DNA from: an uncultured Thermoguttaceae bacterium
GTDB taxonomy: Bacteria > Planctomycetota > Planctomycetia > Pirellulales > Thermoguttaceae
Direction of reading: 5' to 3'
DNA: 63,047 nucleotides
Assembly: GCA_934725735.1 (NCBI GenBank)
Contig: CAKVCP010000001.1
Coordinates: forward strand, 1 to 63,047
Part shown: positions 27,701-36,800 of the stretch, piece after piece
Position numbering within the stretch: position 1 is the first letter of the stretch
Layout: every line of letters starts with the position of its first letter
Notes under the pieces: generated by a model
What the model was told of the DNA's origin: nothing
The model's input: only the letters and a program-made list of their open reading frames with translations
Databases searched by the model: none
Position numbers and translations under genes: made by a program

Positions 27701-28891
27701 ATGAACAATAAATTTCTTATCCTGACGTTTCTATGTCACATGTTTCTGGGCGCCGTTGATGAAAAATTTGCGTCGCTCTTATTAGCCAACGACTCAATTA
27801 AGGTTATTGAGTTTCCTTCGGAAATTATGCCGGAAGAGACGCAAATTAGGAAGTATTCTGAGATATATCCCACAGAATTACATTTAGGCGATCCTATTTA
27901 CATTGTTACCTATGTTGAAAATCTTTCCGACCACGATATCAAGATATGGCCGAATTATCAGACTCCGTATAATAATGTGGCATATGATAGGCACAGCGTT
28001 TTTAGCGACGGAATAGACGGAGATTATTTTTGGATTACAGAGAGTCCTGTTCCTACTTCCGGCTGTCGCTATTATCCTCCGCTATGGTTAAAACCTGGGT
28101 GTAAAGCTATCGATAGTTGCGCTGTTCTTGAATTTCCTCCTCTTGAGGATTGGAACAAGCCTTTTTGGACTAATTTGAAGGAAAAAATGCTCGCCAACGG
28201 CGAGGTTTCATGCACTTTACGCGTCAACTTTACCAATGCCAAAGAACGGACGGTTCAAAATGAAGCCGAAGTTGAAACGCCGACTGAGTCAACGCCGCGA
28301 TTAGACGTTGACGAGTCGCTTGTGCGCGACGTTTCTCTGAAGGTGATGAAGAGTTCAACGTTTTTTCTTGACGTCTGGAGCCAGGAGATACCGGAAGAAT
28401 TTCTTCCGGAAGATTTTCCTCAGAATCAAACATGCTTTTATAAGAGTTCCAGGGATATTGACGCGATGTTGAAGATCATGCCGCAGATAAAGATCGGAAA
28501 TTCTTATCTCTATTATGACAACGTCGTGAGAGCCGCTTTTCGGAAGCCGCCTACGACCAAATTCCCGTCGACTATTGAGAAATGGCGGCAACTTGAATCG
28601 TTTTTTTCCGGCTCTTTAAAGGACGAGTTCACCTATATTCGGATGGCGTTAGAATACTATGACGCTCAGGAGGGGAAAGAGTCGGATATCGCTTTGCAAA
28701 AATTGCTGTCTTGGATGAAGAATCTCCCTTTCCCTCAATTGTACGTAATGGCTAAACTTCAAGTTTTACAGATTGAAAGGCATATTAGTCCGGAACTACC
28801 TAAAGAGAGCGGATTGCGCCCCAAGAGGACTAGGTTGCATGAAGAACTTAATTCTCTAATACAGACTTGTGAAGCTCATGTCAACGATTGA
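27701..28891 (+). CDS. Exported family-A paralog A4 (most divergent member)
   Basis: The likely start is MNNKFLILTFLCHMFLGA (ATG 27701); the track start at 27653 lies inside the GT remnant. FPPLEDWNKPFWTNLKEKMLANGEVSC; degenerate core FRKPPTTKFPSTIEKWRQLE...LKDEFTYIRMALEYY. Confidence 0.75.
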   Translation: MNNKFLILTFLCHMFLGAVDEKFASLLLANDSIKVIEFPSEIMPEETQIRKYSEIYPTELHLGDPIYIVTYVENLSDHDIKIWPNYQTPYNNVAYDRHSVFSDGIDGDYFWITESPVPTSGCRYYPPLWLKPGCKAIDSCAVLEFPPLEDWNKPFWTNLKEKMLANGEVSCTLRVNFTNAKERTVQNEAEVETPTESTPRLDVDESLVRDVSLKVMKSSTFFLDVWSQEIPEEFLPEDFPQNQTCFYKSSRDIDAMLKIMPQIKIGNSYLYYDNVVRAAFRKPPTTKFPSTIEKWRQLESFFSGSLKDEFTYIRMALEYYDAQEGKESDIALQKLLSWMKNLPFPQLYVMAKLQVLQIERHISPELPKESGLRPKRTRLHEELNSLIQTCEAHVND

Positions 28892-28908
28892 ATAGAGGTT
28901 ATTTGAAC

Positions 28909-28939
28909 CGCCGGTAATTTTTTTAGGAAATTACCGGCG
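28909..28939 (+). other. Perfect 12-bp stem-loop at the junction between A4 and the protease remnant
   Basis: cgccggtaattt / aaattaccggcg with a 7-nt loop. No downstream T-tract, so it is not a canonical terminator. Confidence 0.4.
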
Positions 28940-29117
28940 CTACTTGCCATATTATTGCATGAAATTTGGATTGGCAGACGTTGACGTCTCTGAACTTGGT
29001 TACGGGAAGCGGTTGGTTTCACAGACTGCTTCCTGACAATCTAAGTTTCACGGTAGATAATCTTCACCTAATTCAGGAAAGACACGAACCTGTGACAAAT
29101 TTCTCCATCATTGAGTG
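28940..29117 (+). pseudogene. Decayed 3' end of a metzincin-like protease paralog
   Basis: ttgcatgaaatttgg (LHEIW) aligns to the LHEIGH motif of MP1, with an internal deletion that destroys HExxH. PDNLSFTVDNLHLIQERHEPVTNF aligns to the MP1 tail PENMAFTIDNLQQIQSRLCPVGNF. Confidence 0.7.
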
Positions 29118-29150
29118 AGACCCATCAGTATAACTAACATGAGGTTTAGA

Positions 29151-29885
29151 ATGAAACCAACGAAGCGCTTTCTTAGGATCTTAACGTTGTTTGCGACGCT
29201 TTGCTGCTTGACTGTTGGAGCGCTGGCGAAAGGCGAAGAGTATGCGCCTTTTTCCGGTCAGGAATTGGACGCTGAAGCTCCGAGGTTTCAAGACGGCGTG
29301 AAACGCGGCGTTTTGACGTATCCGTTCGAAACGTACTATGGCGATTCTCTTTACATTCTAAGTTATCGAGTTAACGAATCTGGTGAAACGATCCGTAATT
29401 TTCAAAAGGAAAGAATCGTCGGGCATAATCTACATTTTTACGAGGTAACAATAACCTCAAAGGATATAGATTTGTCGCATGAATGGGCGTTTGAACGTCA
29501 AAGCGTTTATGCAGGCGACGTTAAATATGCGTTTATGCCTGGAAATTTTGAACCGGGCGTAAGAGAAACAGGTTTTTATACGGCGCTCGATTTTCCTCCC
29601 CTTGAAGATTGGAACGATCCCTTTTGGAAGGATTTACGAGAAAAAATGACGCCTGAAGGCGTTAAGTGCACTCTAAGTTTTCGCCTTGGAGTAGGTCATG
29701 CCTTTTGCAGCCGTCGAGTTTCTCTTCATGAACTTGGGCATGCCTTTGACTTGATGGATAAAACGGCAGAGCAAGATAAGGGGGTTATGTCGTACAAAGG
29801 TATATATACGGGATTGTCTCCTGAAAATTTGGAGTTTGAAGATTTTGAACTTCGGTTGATTCAGTCTAAATCAAAACCTGTCTAA
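29151..29885 (+). CDS. Chimeric ORF A5: signal peptide plus N-terminal half of family A, fused to the last ~60 aa of a metzincin-like module
   Basis: Family-A sequence runs up to FPPLEDWNDPFWKDLREKMTPEGVKCTLSFRLGVG. It is followed by HAFCSRRVSLHELGHAFDLMDKTAEQDKGVMSY...ENLEFEDFELRLIQSKSKPV (HExxH, Met-turn and protease tail). The GAGG RBS favours ATG 29151. Confidence 0.7.
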   Translation: MKPTKRFLRILTLFATLCCLTVGALAKGEEYAPFSGQELDAEAPRFQDGVKRGVLTYPFETYYGDSLYILSYRVNESGETIRNFQKERIVGHNLHFYEVTITSKDIDLSHEWAFERQSVYAGDVKYAFMPGNFEPGVRETGFYTALDFPPLEDWNDPFWKDLREKMTPEGVKCTLSFRLGVGHAFCSRRVSLHELGHAFDLMDKTAEQDKGVMSYKGIYTGLSPENLEFEDFELRLIQSKSKPV

Positions 29886-29929
29886 AACGCTTATGAACGT
29901 CGTTTAAGTGTGTATGGTAGAGGATAATC

Positions 29930-31006
29930 ATGAAAAATAATCCACAAATATTTCTGTGCATAATGGCGCTTAGCGTTGGATATTTGTTCTTTTTCAACAT
30001 ATCCTTCGCATCTTCGTTTCCCAACGGAAACGATATCGAGTTAATTTTCCAAAGCGCAGAAAAAGAAAGCGTCGTTGAGACGAAAGTCGTTGCTTTTCCG
30101 CAACGTCTTTCGGTGGGAGATACTTTCTATCTGACTATTTATAATAAAAACTTGTCGGATAAAAGGATTCGATATACGTTAAGTCCCTATTTCTATATAT
30201 CTCCTATCCTTTCCTCTCCTTTGACGTCAGAGACATATCAATGGAAGGAAGAAGTTATCGACACGGCAAGGTTTGAATTATGTGTTCAAGAACAAATTTT
30301 AGAACCTGGCGCCAAAGACTTGTCGAGAAGCTGTTCATGGGAATTTCCACCTCTTGAAGACTATAACGCGCCATTTTGGAAGGAACTTCGAAAGAACCTT
30401 CCTGTTGCAGGGGTGAGTTGTCAACTACGTTTTTCTTTGACGGTGACAGAAAGTCGAGACGATCTTTCTACCGTTGAGAGCACGCACGACGTAGTTTTAG
30501 ACCTTTGGGTGACGCCGCGTTCTGAGCAGGAAACACAACTTTTAGAAGGATGGCTGAACTCGACCCCCGTAGGTTTGTTGCCCAATGAGGTCTCAGATCG
30601 TAAAGAACCGAAGATGAATACGGGACGTCTCCTGGGGAGCGCTGATAGTAAGATCAAAATCGGATGGAGTAGATGGGACCCTTGGCTTTTTATTCGAGTA
30701 GGAAATAGAAAACCGTCCGACCCGAATAATCCGACGACGCTAAAAGGATGGCGTGAACTGGAAAACCAATTATCTCCTAGCACGATGCGCGACGAGATTC
30801 GTTTAACGCGGTTGCAACTTGAGTATTACTCCGCTTCAAGTCAGAAAAAAAGAGAAGAGGCGAAAAAGGAACTCGTCGATTGGCTTCGTTCTTTACCTCA
30901 AGCGCAACGCACTTCAATGGTATCCAGCTTGAAATCGAAGGAAAATCTTTTCCGCAACACGAAACTCAAGAAGGAGTACTTCGAATTGATGAACATGCGG
31001 TATTAG
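29930..31006 (+). CDS. Exported family-A paralog A6
   Basis: RBS GAGGA. Has a signal peptide, FPPLEDYNAPFWKELRKNLPVAG, and GNRKPSDPNNPTTLKGWRELENQLSPSTMRDEIRLTRLQLEYY. It is the closest paralog of A1. Confidence 0.8.
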   Translation: MKNNPQIFLCIMALSVGYLFFFNISFASSFPNGNDIELIFQSAEKESVVETKVVAFPQRLSVGDTFYLTIYNKNLSDKRIRYTLSPYFYISPILSSPLTSETYQWKEEVIDTARFELCVQEQILEPGAKDLSRSCSWEFPPLEDYNAPFWKELRKNLPVAGVSCQLRFSLTVTESRDDLSTVESTHDVVLDLWVTPRSEQETQLLEGWLNSTPVGLLPNEVSDRKEPKMNTGRLLGSADSKIKIGWSRWDPWLFIRVGNRKPSDPNNPTTLKGWRELENQLSPSTMRDEIRLTRLQLEYYSASSQKKREEAKKELVDWLRSLPQAQRTSMVSSLKSKENLFRNTKLKKEYFELMNMRY

Positions 31007-31144
31007 CAGGAGCTTTAGAAAACATCCATTAATATAAATAAACTTCGCAGATCTCGAACGAGGAGCCAGAATTAAATAGGCTGTATGGAGATCTGACAAA
31101 TGTTTGAGGATAAATCGGGGAGTCGTTATTTAGGTCGCTTTCCG

Positions 31145-31216
31145 TATATGGCGGCTCCTTTTCTAACTTGTTTATGGTTTACTTTTGTCAGGGCTTGCTG
31201 TCGAGTTGGACGGTTT
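31145..31216 (+). pseudogene. Possible highly decayed protease 3'-end remnant upstream of A7
   Basis: One frame reads YMAAPFLTCLWFTFVRACCRVGRF, compared with the MP1 tail YRMAPENMAFTIDNLQQIQSRLCPVGNF (shared Y.MAP, FT., C.VG.F). The similarity is weak. Confidence 0.3.
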
Positions 31217-31253
31217 TATGGAGTCTACGACTTGTTTAGAAAGAAGTTTGATA

Positions 31254-32719
31254 ATGATAAAACGATTTTGGAGAGTACCTATAGTTGTAGCTCTTCTGGC
31301 GTGCTTATGTATTTTGAATAGGACGCCCGCTGATAGCTATGTTCCTCAATCCTCAGAGACCGCTACGGTTAAGGGAGTACGTCTGGATGGGGAAAAACCG
31401 AAACTTCATTTGAAATTTTTCCTAAAGAAGCGACGTATGGGGATTTCGCATACGTTCTTCAGCGCGCAACCAATGTTTCAGACGAGACGATCAAGAGTTA
31501 TCCAACTTTTGATTACCCTGTCGTCGGCGTTCTTGAGGCGCCCGATTCTGTCGTTATAACGGCGGAAGGTATTGATGGAGAATATCGTTGGAAGCAGGAA
31601 TACTGGGCTGATATCGATTTTGAGTATGCGTATCCTCCTGCGAAGGATCTAGCTCCAAACGATAGCGTGATAAAATCGAGGCTAATTTTAGATTTTCCCC
31701 CAGTGGAGGACTGGAACGCGCCATTTTGGAAGAGCTTACGAGAAAGGATGACTCCCGAGGGAGTTAAATGTTCATTAACGTTTAATTATTCTTACTCCTC
31801 GTTTACAGAAGCAAATTCTCGCCCCAAATACGCACAAGGAAGCGTGCGTTATGAATTTCTAATGAAATCAAGACCTGAAAAGGAAATGAGTCTTTTGGAA
31901 GATTGGGTTAAAGCGTCAAGCGACGAATATCTTCCATATGAGACGAGCGCTAAAAAGGTCTGGAAGGGTCGAGGAAAGAAGAGTACGAATCAGATTTCTC
32001 TTGGATTAAACAAGTATAATCTGAGTACGTTTATTAGACTTGGGAATAGAAAACCGTCGGATCCGAACTGTCCGACTTCTTTGAGTGGATGGCGGGAACT
32101 TGAAGATAGTTTGGCTCCAAGTTCGATACGCGACGAGATTCATTTAACCTGTCTTTTGTTGGAGTACTATAGCTCTATGACCGACAAAGGGGAAGCGGAA
32201 TCAAGTCAAAAAATAGTAGACTGGCTAGCGAGTTTGCCTGATCCTCAGCGCGTGGCCTTAAGCTCCTATTTAGTCACCGACGGCGAGGATCTTTGCGACA
32301 AGAATCTCAAGGAGAAATATTACAAGTTGACGAGGTCGATTTATCCTCTCTTAGAACCTTCCGCTCAACGTATCGTATATAAACGCGAGGCTTCTAGAGG
32401 GGAGGCGACTTCACTGGTTCCGCCAAATTCAATGAAGGTGGAACGTCGCTTTGAAGACGATATTCGACCGACAGACGATGATTTGGCGCTAGGTAAAAGC
32501 GAACTTGCCGACGGTTTTAGATTGACGACGTTAATCGGTCCGTCAGGGACGATGACGGCTGTTCTAAAATTTGTTTCATATGACGTCGAAAAACAAATGA
32601 CGACGATGAAAACTCGCTCAGGTTACTCTTGCAGCTTTAATCTCAATGAATTTAGCGAACAGGATCGTTTGTATATCTTAGAGGAAAATGAAAAGAGTGT
32701 GAAACATAACTCATTTTAG
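31254..32719 (+). pseudogene. Family-A paralog A7 (A3-like long form) disrupted by a single -1 frameshift
   Basis: ORFs 31185..31559 and 31667..32719 are collinear with A3. Relative to A3, one nt is missing near 31395-31410 (gggaaaaaccgaaacttcat versus ggggacaaatcggaatggtcgt). The downstream frame is open across the gap. Confidence 0.8.
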
Positions 32720-32850
32720 GAGTAAAGCAACGCATGAAGATTCAGCGGTCATAAAGCGCTCCAGGTTTTGCCGTATCGCTTTTGTCTTGATCCTTCTAAT
32801 GGAGCGACGATAACGACGGGCGAACCTCTTCATGCGTTGGCTTTAGGTGG
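32720..32850 (+). pseudogene. Second decayed 5' fragment of a GT4 glycosyltransferase paralog
   Basis: Aligns to the RBS and 5' end of the 18200 gene. The ATG is mutated to ACG, and there is a frame disruption and an in-frame stop within ...ggagcgacgataacgacggg.... Confidence 0.65.
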
Positions 32851-33315
32851 AGGGAATACGACCTGTGAAAACTGCCGGAGATCAATAATTCGTCGTCGAT
32901 GTACGGCAAAAAATGAGTGATAGAATGGCTCAAGTCGGCGCCTGAGGCTCTGCGATTAGTCTTAACGACGTCTATGGCTAGCGCTACAGGTAGATTTAAC
33001 AAAACCTATTTACGAGAGAAGAATTTAGAACTCTTGAACTTCTTAAAACAGAAGGACTCTTTGACGAAGAGGGGCTAAGGGAGTTTAATCTTATCTAAAT
33101 AGAAGCTTTGAAGCGAAGAAGAGTCTTTCGATAAAGAGACGACGTCTCGATTAAAGGAAGACTCTTCGTTTACTTCTTGCTCTAAAGATCCGGTAGCATT
33201 CTCCGACGCTTGTTATTGGCGAGACATATTATCTTTGGAACTAAAGCTCTAGGGATGAATTGAGCGCGCGTAACCGCTATAATGATTTGGACAGATCTTC
33301 ACAGGAGGAAAGGGA

Positions 33316-33894
33316 ATGAGGACGCAGGAGAATTATAAGTTGGTTAAGTGCGGGCTTGAATACGCGGACGCGGCGTTGACGATGTTGCGCGATATTCGCG
33401 CCGAGTTGGCTCAAGCGGGGCTTGAAGAGCTGTATTGCATGGAAGAGTCTGACGATGAATTTCGCGACTTTTTTTGCAATCCTGAAACAACGGTCTGGGG
33501 CGCGATCTGCCCGTCGACGAACGCTTTAGCGGCTGTTGGAGCCGTTTCGTTCAGCTCGCGAGAAACAGCGCTTTTTTCTTCGTTTTTGCCTCAAGATTTG
33601 GCGGCGTCTCAAATCGGGTACGTCGACTTCATTCAAGTCGCGCGTCCTTATCGCGGGGCCGGTCTACAGCGACTCCTCTTTCAGAAGATCGAGAGATATA
33701 GCGCGGAACGCGGCGCTCGCTTGTTGACGGGCTTCGTCTCTCCGAAAAATTCGCATAGTCTGGCTAATTTTCTTGGTATGGGGTACCGAACCGTCGGATC
33801 GATCCGCTTGAAAAATGGTTTTCCGCGTTTGGTCGCGTTTAAATTTCTTTCAGACGTTCCCTGCGGCTATTCCTCAAAATCTTCCGGAGAATAA
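33316..33894 (+). CDS. GNAT-family N-acetyltransferase
   Basis: 192 aa. Motif A-like segment QVARPYRGAGLQRLLFQKIERYSAERGA. RBS AGGAGGAAAGGG. Confidence 0.8.
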   Translation: MRTQENYKLVKCGLEYADAALTMLRDIRAELAQAGLEELYCMEESDDEFRDFFCNPETTVWGAICPSTNALAAVGAVSFSSRETALFSSFLPQDLAASQIGYVDFIQVARPYRGAGLQRLLFQKIERYSAERGARLLTGFVSPKNSHSLANFLGMGYRTVGSIRLKNGFPRLVAFKFLSDVPCGYSSKSSGE

Positions 33895-36800
33895 GTCGTC
33901 GTCACGGCTGATTCCTTAGATAGTAGGCCGTATGAAACCGCCAAAGCTTTGATCGTGTGGACGACGGGAGGCCCCGAGGTTCTTTTTCGCGTCGTTCCCT
34001 GCGCAAGTTGCAACGCGCAAAAGGAACACTCCGAGGAGCATAACTGAAGTTCTCGACGCCGCGCGGCCAAGAATAACCTCCCGCCTAACTGCAAGCTTTC
34101 ATAGTATCGCTTGCGCGAGAAACCGGCAAAGCAGGCGAAGCCGCAGCATCCGCGTTCTAGACGGTGAATTTCGACGCCGGGGATTAACCCGAGGAGAGTT
34201 TGCGCGTTCGTCGCGGAAGACGTCGCTTTTCCCGAGAGCGCCAGCGCGGCGCACGGCGCGTGATACCCGATCGTTTTGACTTCGGGGATCGGTTGCAAAT
34301 CGTCGCGGTTCAATTCGCTGAGCGCGTCGAGACGCGCGAGATAACCGCAAAAGTCGACGATATTGCCGTAAACCGCCTGAGCGTCAGGATCGTCGCAGAA
34401 ATACGGATAGTCTTTAACGACGCACGCGGCGGCGGAGGGTTCGAGCGCGACGATAGTCGATCCGTCGCGCATCGCCTCTCGAAACGCCGCGATATTTTTG
34501 ACGGCGAAGTTTTCCGCGCGGTCGAGATCGCCGAGCGCAAAGGAGGTTTGTCCGGCGCTGCGCGGCGTCGGGAGAATTCGCGCTTGGATCCGGTTTTTCT
34601 CTAAAATAGCGAGCGCGGATTCGAGCAACTCGGGATCGAACCGGCGTTCGTAGACGTCGGCGAAAAGCGCGACTTTTCGCGCCTTACGCGTCGCAACGGC
34701 GGGCGCTTCGATCGACGCCTGCGTCTGCGCGAGCGCGACGACGAGTTTGCGGGAATCTTGCCCGCGTTTGAGAACCGCGTTGGTTTGGGAACGCGCCGCC
34801 AACGGCGCAAGGCGCCGCGCGTAGGCGAGCCCTAGCGCCCGTTCTATTATTCGACGAACGAGCTTGTTGCGAAGCGCTTGATTGACGAGGGGCGCGACGA
34901 GCGAGGCGGCGCTTAAAAGCAAATCGACGCGCGAGACGCAAAGCTCGCTGAAACTCATCCCTGCGGCGGCGACGTAGGCGGAGCGGATGCGGAACGCAAG
35001 TCTGGACGCGTCCACTTGCGCAGGACATTCTGTGAGGCAGAGTCGACATCGCAAACAATGCCGCCCGATCTCTAACGCGACGCCGCGCGTCATCGTTGTG
35101 AGAGGAAGCGCCCCGTCGAGAACCCCGCGAATCAAATTCGCCTTGCCACGACACGAGGCGTCTTCTTCCGGCATGTGTCGAAACGCCGGACACAACCGGG
35201 TTTCCGGCGTCCGGATTCGGCATCGTCCGCAGCCCGTGCATTGCCTTGCGGGGGCGGAAACGAGCTCGGGATCCCATGCGAGCTGATATTCGAGAGGATC
35301 GGCGCGTCGCGCCGCGGCTTGGGTCTTCCACGCGCCGATCTCCGTCGCGCCTTTGACGTAAGGGGCGCGTCTTTTGACGTTTCGCGAATGGAGAGAACTT
35401 TCGCGCAGCGCCGCGTCCGATTCCGGCGCGAGAATATCGTCGTCCTCCTCAGGCGCTCCGACGGACGGCGACGCGTCTTGTCTCGGCGTCGCCGCGACGT
35501 GGGCGTCGGAGAAGAGGCGATCTTCTCTGACAAGGCGGCGCATCTCGGGGGAAACCACGCAGTCGGGGTTGAGCGTGTTGCAAGGATCGAACGCGTCTTT
35601 GACGTTGACGAACGCGCGGGAGAGCTTCGGAAAGCGTTTCGTAAGGGACGCCGTTCTCACGCGCCCGTTTCCCCGCGCGGAACCGATTTCTCCCCCGTAA
35701 CTCAAGGCGAGATTCTCAAATTCGTCGGAAAGCGCGAGCGCTCGGCGTTCCTCCTCGACGTCGTACGGCAAAAGGGGTTGGATGGAAAGCTGTCCGTTGC
35801 CGATATGTCCGCTGACGGAGTAGACAAGTTCCGCGCGTTTTAGGAGCGCGTGAACGTCGGATAGAAAATCCGCCGCTTTGTCTACGGGGACTTGCACGTC
35901 GTCCCAGTATGGGAAAATCTGGAAAGAAGGGGCGACGCGCAGGCGCGCGCAGCTCGACTTTTGCAACAATTCGCGAAAGATTCCGCGCTCTTCCGGCGCG
36001 TAGGCTAGCCATCGCCCGAACGAGCCGAGCTCTTTACGCGCGACGTGCTGGAGAATTTCCATCTTACTCCTAAGAACGTCGGAAGAATCGGCGTCGAGCT
36101 CCACGACAAGCGCCGCTTCCGTTCCTTGAGGGAACGTTTCTTCGAAACGCGAATCCCACTCGCGAGTCAACGCGACGACGCGGCTGTCAAGGAGATCGCA
36201 GAGGGTGGGATCGAAATCCAAGACGCGCGGGACGGCGCGGACGGCGCGATCGATCGAATCGAAAAGGAGAATTGTCGCGGCGGACGCGGGGGGCGTCTCG
36301 AAGGTCGCGAGGGTCGCCTCCGTGATGATTCCAAGCGTGCCTTCGGAGCCCGTGAAGAATCTCGTGGGGTTGAATCCGAATCTTACGACGTCGCGCAAAG
36401 CATAGCCGCATCGGCAGGGGCGCGATCTTCGTTGTTCGGCGTCCAAATATGGAATAGCGTCGCGCAGCGCTAAGAGGGCGGAGCGCCACGGTTCTTTCTT
36501 AATAAGACTGCGCAATTCGTGGGCGCCGTCGCCAAAGACGCGAAGAAAATACTCGTTGCGTACGAAGTCGGAACGAAAGGAACGGATCCCGTAGCCGTCG
36601 TCAAAGTCAAGTCCGCAGAGAAGACCGTCGGGAGAGTCGGGGCCCTTTCCGGATTGTCGAAGCTCAAGGAGAGGATCGACGCCTTGCGTTTCGGCGGCGA
36701 CGACGTTGAGAAATTGAGCGCGAAAGGCGTGTTCCGCATTTTCAGGAGCGAGCGCGCGCCACGCCGTAGGTAGCGCGTCCGCTGCGGCGGGATAGTTCTT

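Noticed and set aside
31100-31321. ORFs 31100-31321 and the 5' part of 31185-31559, considered as independent small genes upstream of A7.
   Set aside because: They overlap the putative protease-tail remnant and the A7 start in other frames, and the 31185 TTG start merely reads into the genuine A7 ATG at 31254.
32796-33002. 68-aa minus-strand ORF at the right end of the array.
   Set aside because: It is antisense to the decayed GT 5' fragment, with no RBS or motifs.
33114-33168. Imperfect ~50-nt hairpin (gaagagtctt...aagactcttc with inner gagac/gtctc) in the non-coding stretch at the right boundary of the array.
   Set aside because: It has no adjoining T-tract and no second copy elsewhere in the window, so I cannot tell whether it is functional. 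It is recorded only as a possible boundary element.
16291-33310. Whether the repeat-rich region is a CRISPR array, a prophage or an integrative mobile element.
   Set aside because: The repeats are kilobase-scale protein-coding paralogs, not short repeat-spacer units. I found no integrase, transposase, phage structural gene or flanking direct repeats, and the nearest tRNAs are ~3.5 kb away and not at the boundary. Tandem duplication plus deletion explains the structure better.
33867-33894. 28-nt convergent overlap between the GNAT gene and the YdiJ-like gene, considered as a possible antisense regulatory feature.
   Set aside because: Short 3'-3' overlaps are common in compact genomes, and there is no additional structure or motif to support a regulatory claim.
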